Shown here in pieces: positions 53,810-62,082 of a DNA stretch of 64,000 bases. How positions within the stretch are numbered: the stretch's first letter is position 1; every line of letters begins with the position of its first letter. This stretch comes from Bryobacteraceae bacterium (GTDB taxonomy: Bacteria > Acidobacteriota > Terriglobia > Bryobacterales > Bryobacteraceae), in the NCBI GenBank assembly GCA_036500405.1, contig DASYCD010000256.1, forward strand, positions 5,816 to 69,815, written 5' to 3'. The translations under genes were made by a program, and so were the position numbers. A model generated the notes under the pieces. It did no database searches. It was not told the DNA's origin and saw only the letters and a list, made by a program, of their open reading frames with translations.

Positions 53810-54580
53810 TCAGCCGCAGTTGCAGCCTTTCGCCTCTTCGTCGCGCCTCCGCGCGGCGGCTCCTTCAGGGTCGGAGATCATATCGAGCCATTTCGCGTCA
53901 GGCCCGGGCTGCGCGGCGTATTGGTCATGCCATCTCCACCATTCGTACGGCTTGGTTTGAGGGTAACCCTCCGGCGAATCTTCCCAGGTCTCCTGGCGGC
54001 CGAGCGGGGTGATGTCGAGATAGCTCCAGACGCTCCCCATCGCCTCATCCCCGCGGTTGTTGATGAGGTAGGTGCGGAACACTTTCTCGCCATCCCGCAA
54101 GAACACGTTGTGCCCGTGCCACTGATCGACACCGAAGTCTTTGTCGAAGTCGCCGGTGATCGTGTACCACGGCATTTTCCAACCCATCCGTTGTTTGAGG
54201 CGTGCGATATCGGCCTGCGGAGCGCGCGAGGCATAAACGAGCGTTGTATCACGGGCGTTCAGGTGTGAGAGATGTCCTACCTGATCCGCGCCGAGAGAGC
54301 ATCCGCGGCAGGCATGGTCTGGCCAGCCGATAACGCCGGGCTCAAAGAAGGCGCGATAGAGGATCAGTTGTTTACGGCCTTCAAACAAATCGAGCAGGCT
54401 CACCTTTCCGCCCGGCCCGTCGAACTCGTACTTCTTCTCAACGCTCATCCACGGCATACGCCGGCGTTCGGCGGCCAGCGCGTCACGCGAGCGGGTAAGC
54501 GCCTTTTCTTTCACGAGAAGCTGCTGCTGCGCTGCCTCCCACTCCTGCCGGGACACGATTGAGGGTGCATTCATTACCAT
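53810..54580 (-). CDS. DUF899 thioredoxin-fold protein
   Basis: REKALTRSRDALAAERRRMPW, YEFDGPGGKVSLLDLFEGRKQLILY and CRGCS are present, with a Trp-rich C-terminal part. AAGGAG lies upstream of the ATG. Confidence 0.85.
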   Translation of the reverse strand: MVMNAPSIVSRQEWEAAQQQLLVKEKALTRSRDALAAERRRMPWMSVEKKYEFDGPGGKVSLLDLFEGRKQLILYRAFFEPGVIGWPDHACRGCSLGADQVGHLSHLNARDTTLVYASRAPQADIARLKQRMGWKMPWYTITGDFDKDFGVDQWHGHNVFLRDGEKVFRTYLINNRGDEAMGSVWSYLDITPLGRQETWEDSPEGYPQTKPYEWWRWHDQYAAQPGPDAKWLDMISDPEGAAARRRDEEAKGCNCG

Positions 54581-54963
54581 TCGGTTTCTCCTTCTGCTTT
54601 CTACAATATGACTTCCAAAATAAACGGAAACGGTTCGCGTCGAAAAAGGTTCGGAGCCGGCCGGCGGCTATCGCGAGAATTCCTCCGGCGGACCCGGCCC
54701 CGGCGACTACTACTGCTGTGTTTGCTATGCAGAGCGGACACATCTTGTTTCCCTTTCATCGCTAACTACGGTCTTCGAACGAGAAAAGATACGGAGCCGC
54801 TGTCCGGAAATGAAACACCTTCATTTTTTTATTAACTTTGGTAATACCACTTTGGGTATATATGCCACCTCCGTCGCTTTTTGCCGTTTTTCCACAGTTT
54901 GGATCGCCCGATTGAAGAAGTTTTCTTTTGCACTGCGGCCAATGGGTGTTATTCTGCTTCCAA

Positions 54964-55455
54964 ATGGAATCGGAATCGCCGGACATGGTGGCCGGCAGAT
55001 CGACAAACAGGCCGGCGGCGGTCGACAAACGCGTCCTCGTCGTCGTGGGTTTTCTTTTCATCCTCGGCGCCGCTTATCTGCTCTCGCGAGCAAGCACACC
55101 GGTCTCGCCCGCGCCGCAAACATCGGTTTTTGCGGTCTCTCCCCCCAATGGCGCAGTGGCTGCGGCCGAAGCCGCGGTAAAACAAAGCGCAACGCCCGAA
55201 AACTATCTGAACCTATCCCTGGCGTATAGCAGGGCGCGGCGATTTCAGGAGTCGTTGGACGCCGCGAAAAATGCGGTCCGGCTGCGTCCGAATTATGCCG
55301 AAGCCTTCAACAATGAAGCTGCGGCCTACGAAGATCTACATCAGTGGGACGATGCAATTGCAGCCGCGCGGGAAGCTCTAAGATTAAAACCGGATTTCAC
55401 GCTCGCCCGCAACAACCTGATCTACGCGGCATCGCAAAAGACGCGCGGTAGATGA
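54964..55455 (+). CDS. Membrane-anchored TPR-repeat protein
   Basis: It has one TM helix (VLVVVGFLFILGAAYLL) and TPR repeats (NYLNLSLAYSRARRFQESLDAAKNAVRLRPNYAEAFNNEAAAY). The track start 54928 is a TTG that coincides with a -35-like hexamer. ATG 54964 or ATG 54985 is more likely. Confidence 0.6.
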   Translation: MESESPDMVAGRSTNRPAAVDKRVLVVVGFLFILGAAYLLSRASTPVSPAPQTSVFAVSPPNGAVAAAEAAVKQSATPENYLNLSLAYSRARRFQESLDAAKNAVRLRPNYAEAFNNEAAAYEDLHQWDDAIAAAREALRLKPDFTLARNNLIYAASQKTRGR

Positions 55456-55462
55456 AAACTCA

Positions 55463-55497
55463 GGCCATAATGCCGAATGGCCTGCGAAATTTGTTTC
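55463..55497 (+). terminator. Candidate terminator hairpin after the TPR gene
   Basis: A 7-bp stem, AGGCCAT (55463-55469) / ATGGCCT (55478-55484), is followed by a T-rich GCGAAATTTGTTTC. Confidence 0.35.
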
Positions 55498-55579
55498 AAT
55501 TTCGTGTTTTTTCATCTCTATTACACCAGTATTGTTTCCAGTTTTCGCCACCGCCCGTACTATTTCACACCAATCTTCA

Positions 55580-55609
55580 TTGACCGCTAAATGTGTGCTC
55601 CAGTAGAAT
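55580..55609 (+). promoter_or_regulatory. Sigma-70-like promoter candidate for the collagen-like gene
   Basis: TTGACC (55580-55585), an 18-nt spacer and TAGAAT (55604-55609) lie in an unusually AT-rich intergenic region, 88 nt upstream of the ATG. Confidence 0.35.
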
Positions 55610-55696
55610 GCTCTGGTACCACCTGTACTAATTATTATTAAGCGTGTAAATTTTAAATTTATCGCTTAATATTCCGGGGGAGGTCTGCGCAAAAAT

Positions 55697-58681
55697 ATGG
55701 TATTTTCGCGACTTGGGAAAGTTCCGTGCTATGGGATTATTTTGCTGGCGGCAGCTGTCTCCGCTGCCGCGCAGGGGCCCGAAATCACGTCGGTTCAGAG
55801 CGCAGCTCCACTTGTGCGCTCCACCGGCAACGTGGCGCGCGGCGAGTTGATCAGTATCTACGGCTCGGGTCTGACAACGGGTGTCACGCTGAACGCCTAT
55901 CCGCCGACTGCTCCAACGACCCTCGCAGGCACGTCAGTGAATATTGGAGGTATTGCCGCCCCGATCCTTTATATAAGTCCTGGGCAGCTGAACGTCCAGG
56001 TCCCCTTTGAGCTTCCCGCGGGCTCGGCCTCTGTGAACGTGACGGTTACCTCCGGAAGCCAGACGAGCACCCCATTCCTGATGACTTTGGCCGCGTCGGA
56101 CCTGGGAATGTTTGTGGCGCAGGGAACGAGTATCGCCGCTCCATCCTCGGCGAACACCGCCGTGATTTTGGCGGCTCCAGGAAATACAATCCACATCGTG
56201 GCGACCGGGCTTGGCGCCATTGCGCCTGCTGTGCCGAGCGGTATGACGCCGAGTCCCGTGGGGCCGACGTCTAATGCTCTCGCAATACCGGCGGTTACAG
56301 TGAACGGAGCGGCTGCCCAGGTTGATTCGGCCACATATTCCGGCCTCGGACTCTATCTCATTTCGGCCATTGTGCCGCCCAGCGCCGACACAGGCACAGT
56401 CACGGTAGCTCTCGGAGCAACGGGGCTTGTCGGACCAACCGGAGCAACCGGACCTTCTGGCGCGACGGGAGCGACAGGGCCAATCGGTCCAGCGGGAATA
56501 GATGGGTCTGCGGGACCGGCGGGACCGGCGGGGCAAGCAGGTCCTGCCGGATCAGCGGGACCAATGGGTCCGGCGGGAGCAGCAGGGTCGCCTGGAGCAG
56601 TTGGCGCTAACGGGGCAACAGGCGCTACCGGTGCAGTCGGCGCAACCGGTCCCTCGACCGTAAACTACACATCGAACGGCAGCACGGGAAATCTGCTGCA
56701 GACACTGGCAGTCGTCGGCACGGCGTCGGAAGCTCAGGACGCGACCACGTCCACCTTGACCGGTATCGTTGGAATCGCCGGTAACACAACGACTGCCGGT
56801 TCGCCTGTAGCGGTAAGCTCCTACGGCACCACGGCTTGTGTGTTTGACGGTCCGACGACCGCTGGCGACTATTTCCAGGCCAGCACCACCGTTGCCGGAA
56901 ATTGCCACGATGCGGGAGCGATCTATCCCACCAGCAACCAGATCCTTGGGTTTGTTTTGTCAACCAACGGTAGTGCGGGCATGAACCCGGTATTTCTGTT
57001 CGGAGTGGAAATTCGCGGCGGCGCAACGGGCCCGACAGGAGCCACCGGCGCGGTTGGTGCGACGGGCGCAACCGGAGATGCAGGCGCGACAGGCGCGCAG
57101 GGAATTCAGGGCATCACCGGAGCCGTAGGCGCGACGGGCGCGCAGGGAATTCAGGGCTTCACCGGAGCCGTAGGCGCCACCGGCGCAGAGGGAATCCAAG
57201 GCATAACCGGAGCTATAGGCGCGACAGGCGCGCAGGGAATTCAGGGCTTCACCGGAGCCCAGGGACCAGCCGGCTCGCAAGGCGTTACAGGCTCCCAGGG
57301 AATTCAGGGACCTCAGGGAATTCAGGGCATCCCGGGTACGACAGGCACAACCGGCGCGATGGGCGCGACAGGAAATCCGCCGACGGCGGCGGGGACATGG
57401 TCAGCGGGAGACGGCAGCGGCGCCGGCGGCAGTTACAACGCCGGAGACGTCGTATTCTACGCTCCGACGCAATCTTCGTATATCAGCGCCGCGAGCCTGA
57501 ACTTCAGCGTGCCCCCGGCTTCGCCATGGCAACTGCTTTCCGCGCCAGGTCCGACCGGGACCACGGGTACGACTGGGGCTGTGGGGTCGACCGGAGCAAT
57601 CGGAGCGACAGGCGATACCGGAGCACAAGGTATCCAGGGAATCACCGGCCCTGTTGGGGCAACGGGTACGACCGGAACCATGGGCACAACGGGCGCGCAG
57701 GGTATCCAGGGATTCACCGGACCGCAGGGACCGGCCGGCGAGCAAGGCATCACGGGCGCACAGGGAATTCAGGGTAATCAGGGTAATCCGGGCTTTGCTG
57801 GTGCGACCGGCGCGACAGGCGCAACCGGCGCCACAGGCAGCCCGTTGCTCGCGGCGGGAACATGGTCGGCGGGAGGCGGCAGCGCTCCCGACCATAGTTA
57901 CAACGCGGGCGACGTCGTATTCGATGCGCTGACACAGTCGTCCTATATCAGCGCTTCGAGCGAAAACAACAGCACGCCTCCGAACGCGCCATGGCAGCTG
58001 CTCTCGGGGCCAGGCGCGACGGGGACCACGGGGTCGACTGGCGCGACGGGCGCGACAGGCGATGCTGGACCGCAGGGTATTCCGGGAATCACCGGCGCGG
58101 TAGGGGCAACGGGCAGCACTGGCGCCACCGGAGCTACAGGCTTAACGGGTGCGCAGGGCATCCAGGGTATTACAGGACAGCAGGGACCCGTTGGTGCGAC
58201 AGGCGTGGGCTTGACGGGAGCGGCGGGTTCACCTGGTCCAGCCGGTCCGACTGGTGCCACTGGCCCCAGTGCAGCCGGAGGCGGAGTATATGCGGGAACG
58301 TTCACAAATACTGGCAACACAACGCCGACGGTAGACTTTTACCCCTTCTTCGCCTCAGGAAACGGTGGCCCCAATTTCTCGATCGGCGCGACGATCTTGC
58401 CGGCCGCGTGCACGGTAAAAGCGATGTACGTCCTGGCATATAACAATGGCCAATTTAGCGCCGCCGCAGATACGCTGACTTTCGTTCTCTATCACAACGG
58501 CAGCGTTGTATCCGGCGCTACAGCCAGCGTGACGACGAGTAGTACGTCATTCCAAAGATTTACTAACAACGTGACGGGCCTCAGCGAATCCATCTCAGCA
58601 GGCGATGTGATCGCGATAGGAATCCAACAATCAAGCAACGCCCCCGGCGTGAGTGGTTCTTACTCGATTAGTTGCCAATGA
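55697..58681 (+). CDS. Secreted multi-domain collagen-like (Gly-X-Y triple-helix repeat) protein
   Basis: GGGGGAGG lies upstream of the ATG and a signal peptide follows. The N-terminal roughly 210 aa form a Solibacter-type Ig-like domain. The four Gly-X-Y blocks are 56414-56656 (27 triplets), 57020-57379 (40), 57548-57844 (33) and 58013-58270 (28, with one G-X-G break). They are separated by globular inserts and followed by a 136-aa C-terminal globular domain. Confidence 0.9.
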   Translation: MVFSRLGKVPCYGIILLAAAVSAAAQGPEITSVQSAAPLVRSTGNVARGELISIYGSGLTTGVTLNAYPPTAPTTLAGTSVNIGGIAAPILYISPGQLNVQVPFELPAGSASVNVTVTSGSQTSTPFLMTLAASDLGMFVAQGTSIAAPSSANTAVILAAPGNTIHIVATGLGAIAPAVPSGMTPSPVGPTSNALAIPAVTVNGAAAQVDSATYSGLGLYLISAIVPPSADTGTVTVALGATGLVGPTGATGPSGATGATGPIGPAGIDGSAGPAGPAGQAGPAGSAGPMGPAGAAGSPGAVGANGATGATGAVGATGPSTVNYTSNGSTGNLLQTLAVVGTASEAQDATTSTLTGIVGIAGNTTTAGSPVAVSSYGTTACVFDGPTTAGDYFQASTTVAGNCHDAGAIYPTSNQILGFVLSTNGSAGMNPVFLFGVEIRGGATGPTGATGAVGATGATGDAGATGAQGIQGITGAVGATGAQGIQGFTGAVGATGAEGIQGITGAIGATGAQGIQGFTGAQGPAGSQGVTGSQGIQGPQGIQGIPGTTGTTGAMGATGNPPTAAGTWSAGDGSGAGGSYNAGDVVFYAPTQSSYISAASLNFSVPPASPWQLLSAPGPTGTTGTTGAVGSTGAIGATGDTGAQGIQGITGPVGATGTTGTMGTTGAQGIQGFTGPQGPAGEQGITGAQGIQGNQGNPGFAGATGATGATGATGSPLLAAGTWSAGGGSAPDHSYNAGDVVFDALTQSSYISASSENNSTPPNAPWQLLSGPGATGTTGSTGATGATGDAGPQGIPGITGAVGATGSTGATGATGLTGAQGIQGITGQQGPVGATGVGLTGAAGSPGPAGPTGATGPSAAGGGVYAGTFTNTGNTTPTVDFYPFFASGNGGPNFSIGATILPAACTVKAMYVLAYNNGQFSAAADTLTFVLYHNGSVVSGATASVTTSSTSFQRFTNNVTGLSESISAGDVIAIGIQQSSNAPGVSGSYSISCQ
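57083..57262 (+). repeat. Four tandem 45-bp (15-codon) repeats inside collagen block 2
   Basis: The units start at 57083, 57128, 57173 and 57218. Each encodes [10 protein letters not shown](I/F)TGA(V/I) and variants. Units 1, 2 and 4 are nearly identical and each contains GAATTC. Confidence 0.9.
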
Positions 58682-58862
58682 GGATACAGAACACGCCCAT
58701 ACAGGAGAAACCGAAATCCTGACCGCTCTCCTTACATCCCGGGATCCGGCGAGGACCGTCTGGCGCTGAGTACGTGCGACGGACCTCGCTGGCATTCTTG
58801 ATTCCGGCGCGAATTGCAGTCTTAAGCAGCAACTACCGTATACAACAGAAAGGACCTTTCCA

Positions 58863-59429
58863 ATGGCTGACACACCTATTCTCGGATGCATTTACATGTT
58901 CGCGGGCAATTTCGCGATCAGAGGCTACCAGATGTGCAACGGACAAATTTTGCCGATTTCCCAGTACGCGGCATTGTTTTCCATTCTCGGCACCACTTAC
59001 GGAGGTAACGGCACGACGACCTTCGCCCTCCCCGATTTGCGCGGACGCGCTCCGGTCCATCAGGGCACCGGACTTGGACTGTCGCCGGTGGAGTTGGGTG
59101 AAGCCGCAGGCAACCAGAACGTCTCGCTTACCGTAGCCAATCTGCCGGCGCATACGCACGTACCGACGGTAACGGTCGCGGTCAATGGAGCGGGTGCCCG
59201 CCCAACCGCCAACACGCCCGCCGGGAATCTCCTCGCCACAACCGCAACGACAAATAATATATACTGTCCTGGAAACTCAACCCCGCTTGCTCCCCTCGCC
59301 GCGGCGGCTGCCACTGTTACTGCGCAAAACGGTTTGACCGGAAGTAACATTCCTGTAGCTACCCAATCGCCCTTCCTCGGCGTCACGTTCCTCATTGCTA
59401 CGGAAGGCATATTCCCATCACGGAATTAG
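58863..59429 (+). CDS. Phage-tail-collar domain protein (MdpB / tail-fibre-like family)
   Basis: ILGCIYMFAGNFAIRGYQMCNGQILPISQYAALFSILGTTYGGNGTTTFALPDLRGR, NLPAHTH and C-terminal IATEGIFPSRN form the typical full-length family pattern. Confidence 0.85.
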   Translation: MADTPILGCIYMFAGNFAIRGYQMCNGQILPISQYAALFSILGTTYGGNGTTTFALPDLRGRAPVHQGTGLGLSPVELGEAAGNQNVSLTVANLPAHTHVPTVTVAVNGAGARPTANTPAGNLLATTATTNNIYCPGNSTPLAPLAAAAATVTAQNGLTGSNIPVATQSPFLGVTFLIATEGIFPSRN

Positions 59430-59435
59430 CTTGTC

Positions 59436-59936
59436 ATGCATAAAATGCTCCGGGTCTTCTGCGCGACGGCATGGGAACTGGAGGGAGAGCGCCGCGCTTT
59501 CCATGAAGCAATTGGAGAATTCAACGAAACCGAGGCCATGAAGCATGGTTTGCTCTACGTCCCGGTTTCGTTGATTAACATCCGCGACAAGCGTCCTTAT
59601 CAGTACGTGGTCGAAGAGAATATCGGCGCCTGCCGTGCGTATATCCTCGCGCTCTGCGACGGCTCCTGGGGGCCGCCCGAGCGAAACTTTGAGCGAGACC
59701 TGATGCTCGCGGCACAGCAAAGCGCCAATCCGGATTTTCCGATGCGCGATGTCACGCTGCTGTATCGCGAGCCTTCCTCGCCCCCCAAACCCCTTCCCGC
59801 AGACGTGACCGTATCGCCCTTTTCCACGACCGAAGATTTTGTCCGCCAGTTCCGCGCATTGATGTCCACCTGGCTTGCCGCCGACCTCGCCGTGACGGAG
59901 AGCCCCGCGCCGGCTGGCGCCTCACCCGCTTTATGA
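59436..59936 (+). CDS. Hypothetical protein
   Basis: This 166-aa ORF lies 6 nt after the tail-collar gene and has an ATGA overlap with the next gene. I cannot name a family with confidence. Confidence 0.5.
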   Translation: MHKMLRVFCATAWELEGERRAFHEAIGEFNETEAMKHGLLYVPVSLINIRDKRPYQYVVEENIGACRAYILALCDGSWGPPERNFERDLMLAAQQSANPDFPMRDVTLLYREPSSPPKPLPADVTVSPFSTTEDFVRQFRALMSTWLAADLAVTESPAPAGASPAL

Positions 59937-60415
59937 CGGTTTCGTTCCGTCCGGAGACTCCCGGCGACGAGCCCTATCTTCGCGAACTGATCGTGGAAGC
60001 CGTGAGCCAGGAGCTGGGCGCCGACTCATGGCCGGAACCGATGCGAAGCCATCTGTTGAGAATCCAGTACACGCAGCGCCGCTACGCCGTTCGCGTCCAC
60101 TATCCCGAAGGCGAAAGCCGCATCATTCTCGCCGACGGGAAAACCGCTGGCTGGATTTATGTGGCCGCTCTTCCGGATGAGATCCGCATCGCGGAGATCA
60201 TGGTGATGGCCGGATCCCGGAGTCGCGGAGTGGGGTCGGAGGTTATCCGGCGGATCGTCGCCGAGGCTGGCCCTTCCGGTAAGCCCGTGCGCCTGCACGT
60301 GAACGTGATGAACGTACGCGCCGGCGGCTTTTATGAACGCCTCGGATTTCAGCGCATCGGCGGCGACGAACTGCAGCACCTGATGGAGCGCCTTCCGTCG
60401 GCTGAGATATGCTGA
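59933..60415 (+). CDS. GNAT-family N-acetyltransferase
   Basis: IAEIMVMAGSRSRGVGSEVIRRIV (motif A, R-x-x-G-x-G) and FYERLGFQ are present. Confidence 0.8.
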   Translation: MTVSFRPETPGDEPYLRELIVEAVSQELGADSWPEPMRSHLLRIQYTQRRYAVRVHYPEGESRIILADGKTAGWIYVAALPDEIRIAEIMVMAGSRSRGVGSEVIRRIVAEAGPSGKPVRLHVNVMNVRAGGFYERLGFQRIGGDELQHLMERLPSAEIC

Positions 60416-62079
60416 ACGCCCTCGATCTCCCGCTTCGATTTGATCCGGCAAAACTACAGGCGGACCTCGCGCGCATTCAGCCGCACGAATGGGCGCCGCA
60501 CTATAACGAACAGGAATATGGCGGCGAGTGGCGCGGCGTTGCTTTACGATCCGCATCCGGGCAACTGGGCGGGATTGCGGCCCAGGGCAGTTCCTTCGCC
60601 GACACGGAAGTGCTGCGGCGTTGCGATTATTTCCGCGAAATTCTGGCGGGCTTCGAATGCCGTCTGCTGTCGGTTCGCCTGCTCAGCCTGGCTCCGGGTT
60701 CGTTTGTCCGAGAGCACTGCGACCGTGCGCTTGGCTTCGACGACGGCGAAGTACGGATTCATATTCCGATCGAGACCAACACCGGCGTCGAGTTCTATTC
60801 CTGCGGCGAACGCCTGCGTCTGGCGGAAGGCGGCTGTTATTACGTGGACGTGAGCCGGCCACACCGCGTCGCCAACCGCGGGGGACGCGATCGCGTTCAC
60901 CTGGTGATCGATGCAGAAGTGAACGACTGGATTCGCCAACTGTTCTCAGAGGCGAGGGCAACCGAACGAATCGCGCCGCCGCCGCTGGGGTTCGCGGCAT
61001 TTCGCGACGTGGTTCTGGCGGATACCGAATTGCGGCAGGCCCTGCACGCAATTTCGGAGCCGCGGGAATTCGTCGACGAGGTGATTCGCGCCGGCCACAG
61101 CCGTGGTTTCGAATTCGACGCGGCGGATGTCGAAGCGAAACCAAACCCGCTTCCCGAGTCTTCCCCGCCCGCTTCTTCTCCATCCGGCGCGTGGATTCCC
61201 ATAGCGCTGAAGGAGACCGCCGCGGAGTGGATTTATTTCGGCGCTCGGCGCTTCACCCAGCCATTTTTCGACGACGACGTGAAAGCGGCGCTGCAAAATC
61301 GCTTCGCGCGGACATTCCGGCGAATCGCGCCGCTGCCGAATGGACAGAATTGTTCCCCGTCCGGCTTCATCCTCCACATGTCCCGCTGCGGCTCCACGCT
61401 GGCCGCGCGCATGCTTGCGGCGCTCCCCAACGCCACTGTGATCTCGGAAGCTCCCATTCTCGATGAGGCGATTCAAACCGGCCGCGCCGAAATCGTGCGA
61501 TCCGCCGTCGCCGCTCTGCAGATCGAAGCCGGGCCGTACTTCATCAAATTCGATGCCTGGCACATTCACCGCCTGCCGCTGATCCGCGAAGCCTTTCCCA
61601 ATACACCCTGGGTGTTCCTCTATCGCGAGCCGCTCGAGGTCCTGGTATCGCAATCCCGCATGCCCGGCCGAATGTCCCTCCCGGGCGCCATGGATCCGGC
61701 AATCCTGGGGATGCGACGCGAAGACATCACGATTCCCAGAGACGAGTGGTGCGCGCGCGTCATCGCCGCGTTCTGTGAATCGGCTCTGCGATACCGGTCC
61801 GATCCTCAGGGATTATTCGTGAATTATCGCGATCTCTGCGAAGCCGGCCCGGCAATCCTGCTTCACCACTTTGGCGCCGGTATGGATGACACCAAACAGG
61901 CCAGCATGGACCTCGCGATGGCTGCGGACGCGAAATTCCCCTCCCGCCCGTTTCAGCCGGATGGCGAAAGTAAGCGCGACGCCGCTCCGGATGCTCTGAG
62001 ACAGCTTTGTGTGCGCACTGTGAATCCTCTTTATCGCGAACTCGAGGCGGCGGCCGAATCCGCTTTCGCTAAGATTTAA
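60409..62079 (+). CDS. Three-part fusion of an Asp/Asn beta-hydroxylase-type 2OG oxygenase, a Nif11-like linker and a sulfotransferase
   Basis: The N-terminal cupin has VREHCD...RIHIPI...VSRPHRVAN (H-x-D...H triad). The middle part FAAFRDVVLADTELRQALHAISEPREFVDEVIRAGHSRGFEFDAADV is Nif11-like. The C-terminal part has ILHMSRCGSTL (PAPS 5'-phosphosulfate loop) and FLYREPLEVLVS. Confidence 0.65.
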   Translation: MLNALDLPLRFDPAKLQADLARIQPHEWAPHYNEQEYGGEWRGVALRSASGQLGGIAAQGSSFADTEVLRRCDYFREILAGFECRLLSVRLLSLAPGSFVREHCDRALGFDDGEVRIHIPIETNTGVEFYSCGERLRLAEGGCYYVDVSRPHRVANRGGRDRVHLVIDAEVNDWIRQLFSEARATERIAPPPLGFAAFRDVVLADTELRQALHAISEPREFVDEVIRAGHSRGFEFDAADVEAKPNPLPESSPPASSPSGAWIPIALKETAAEWIYFGARRFTQPFFDDDVKAALQNRFARTFRRIAPLPNGQNCSPSGFILHMSRCGSTLAARMLAALPNATVISEAPILDEAIQTGRAEIVRSAVAALQIEAGPYFIKFDAWHIHRLPLIREAFPNTPWVFLYREPLEVLVSQSRMPGRMSLPGAMDPAILGMRREDITIPRDEWCARVIAAFCESALRYRSDPQGLFVNYRDLCEAGPAILLHHFGAGMDDTKQASMDLAMAADAKFPSRPFQPDGESKRDAAPDALRQLCVRTVNPLYRELEAAAESAFAKI

Positions 62080-62082
62080 ATC

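Noticed and set aside
55934-58443. Numerous ORFs in other frames and on the opposite strand across the collagen-like gene, and the regular repeats themselves as a possible CRISPR or satellite array.
   Set aside because: The periodicity is 9 bp (Gly-X-Y) with 45-bp units lying in frame inside one long ORF. There are no unique spacers between constant repeats, so the alternative-frame ORFs are by-products of the triplet repeat.
58863-59429. The phage-tail-collar gene as evidence for a prophage or a tailocin.
   Set aside because: No capsid, terminase, baseplate, sheath, integrase or lysis genes are visible within the window. The gene is embedded in a string of bacterial-type modification enzymes.
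59436-60415. The GNAT plus the small upstream overlapping ORF as a TacT/AtaT-type toxin-antitoxin pair.
   Set aside because: The upstream protein is 166 aa with no ribbon-helix-helix or DUF1778-like antitoxin features. The pair is part of a longer co-directional gene string.
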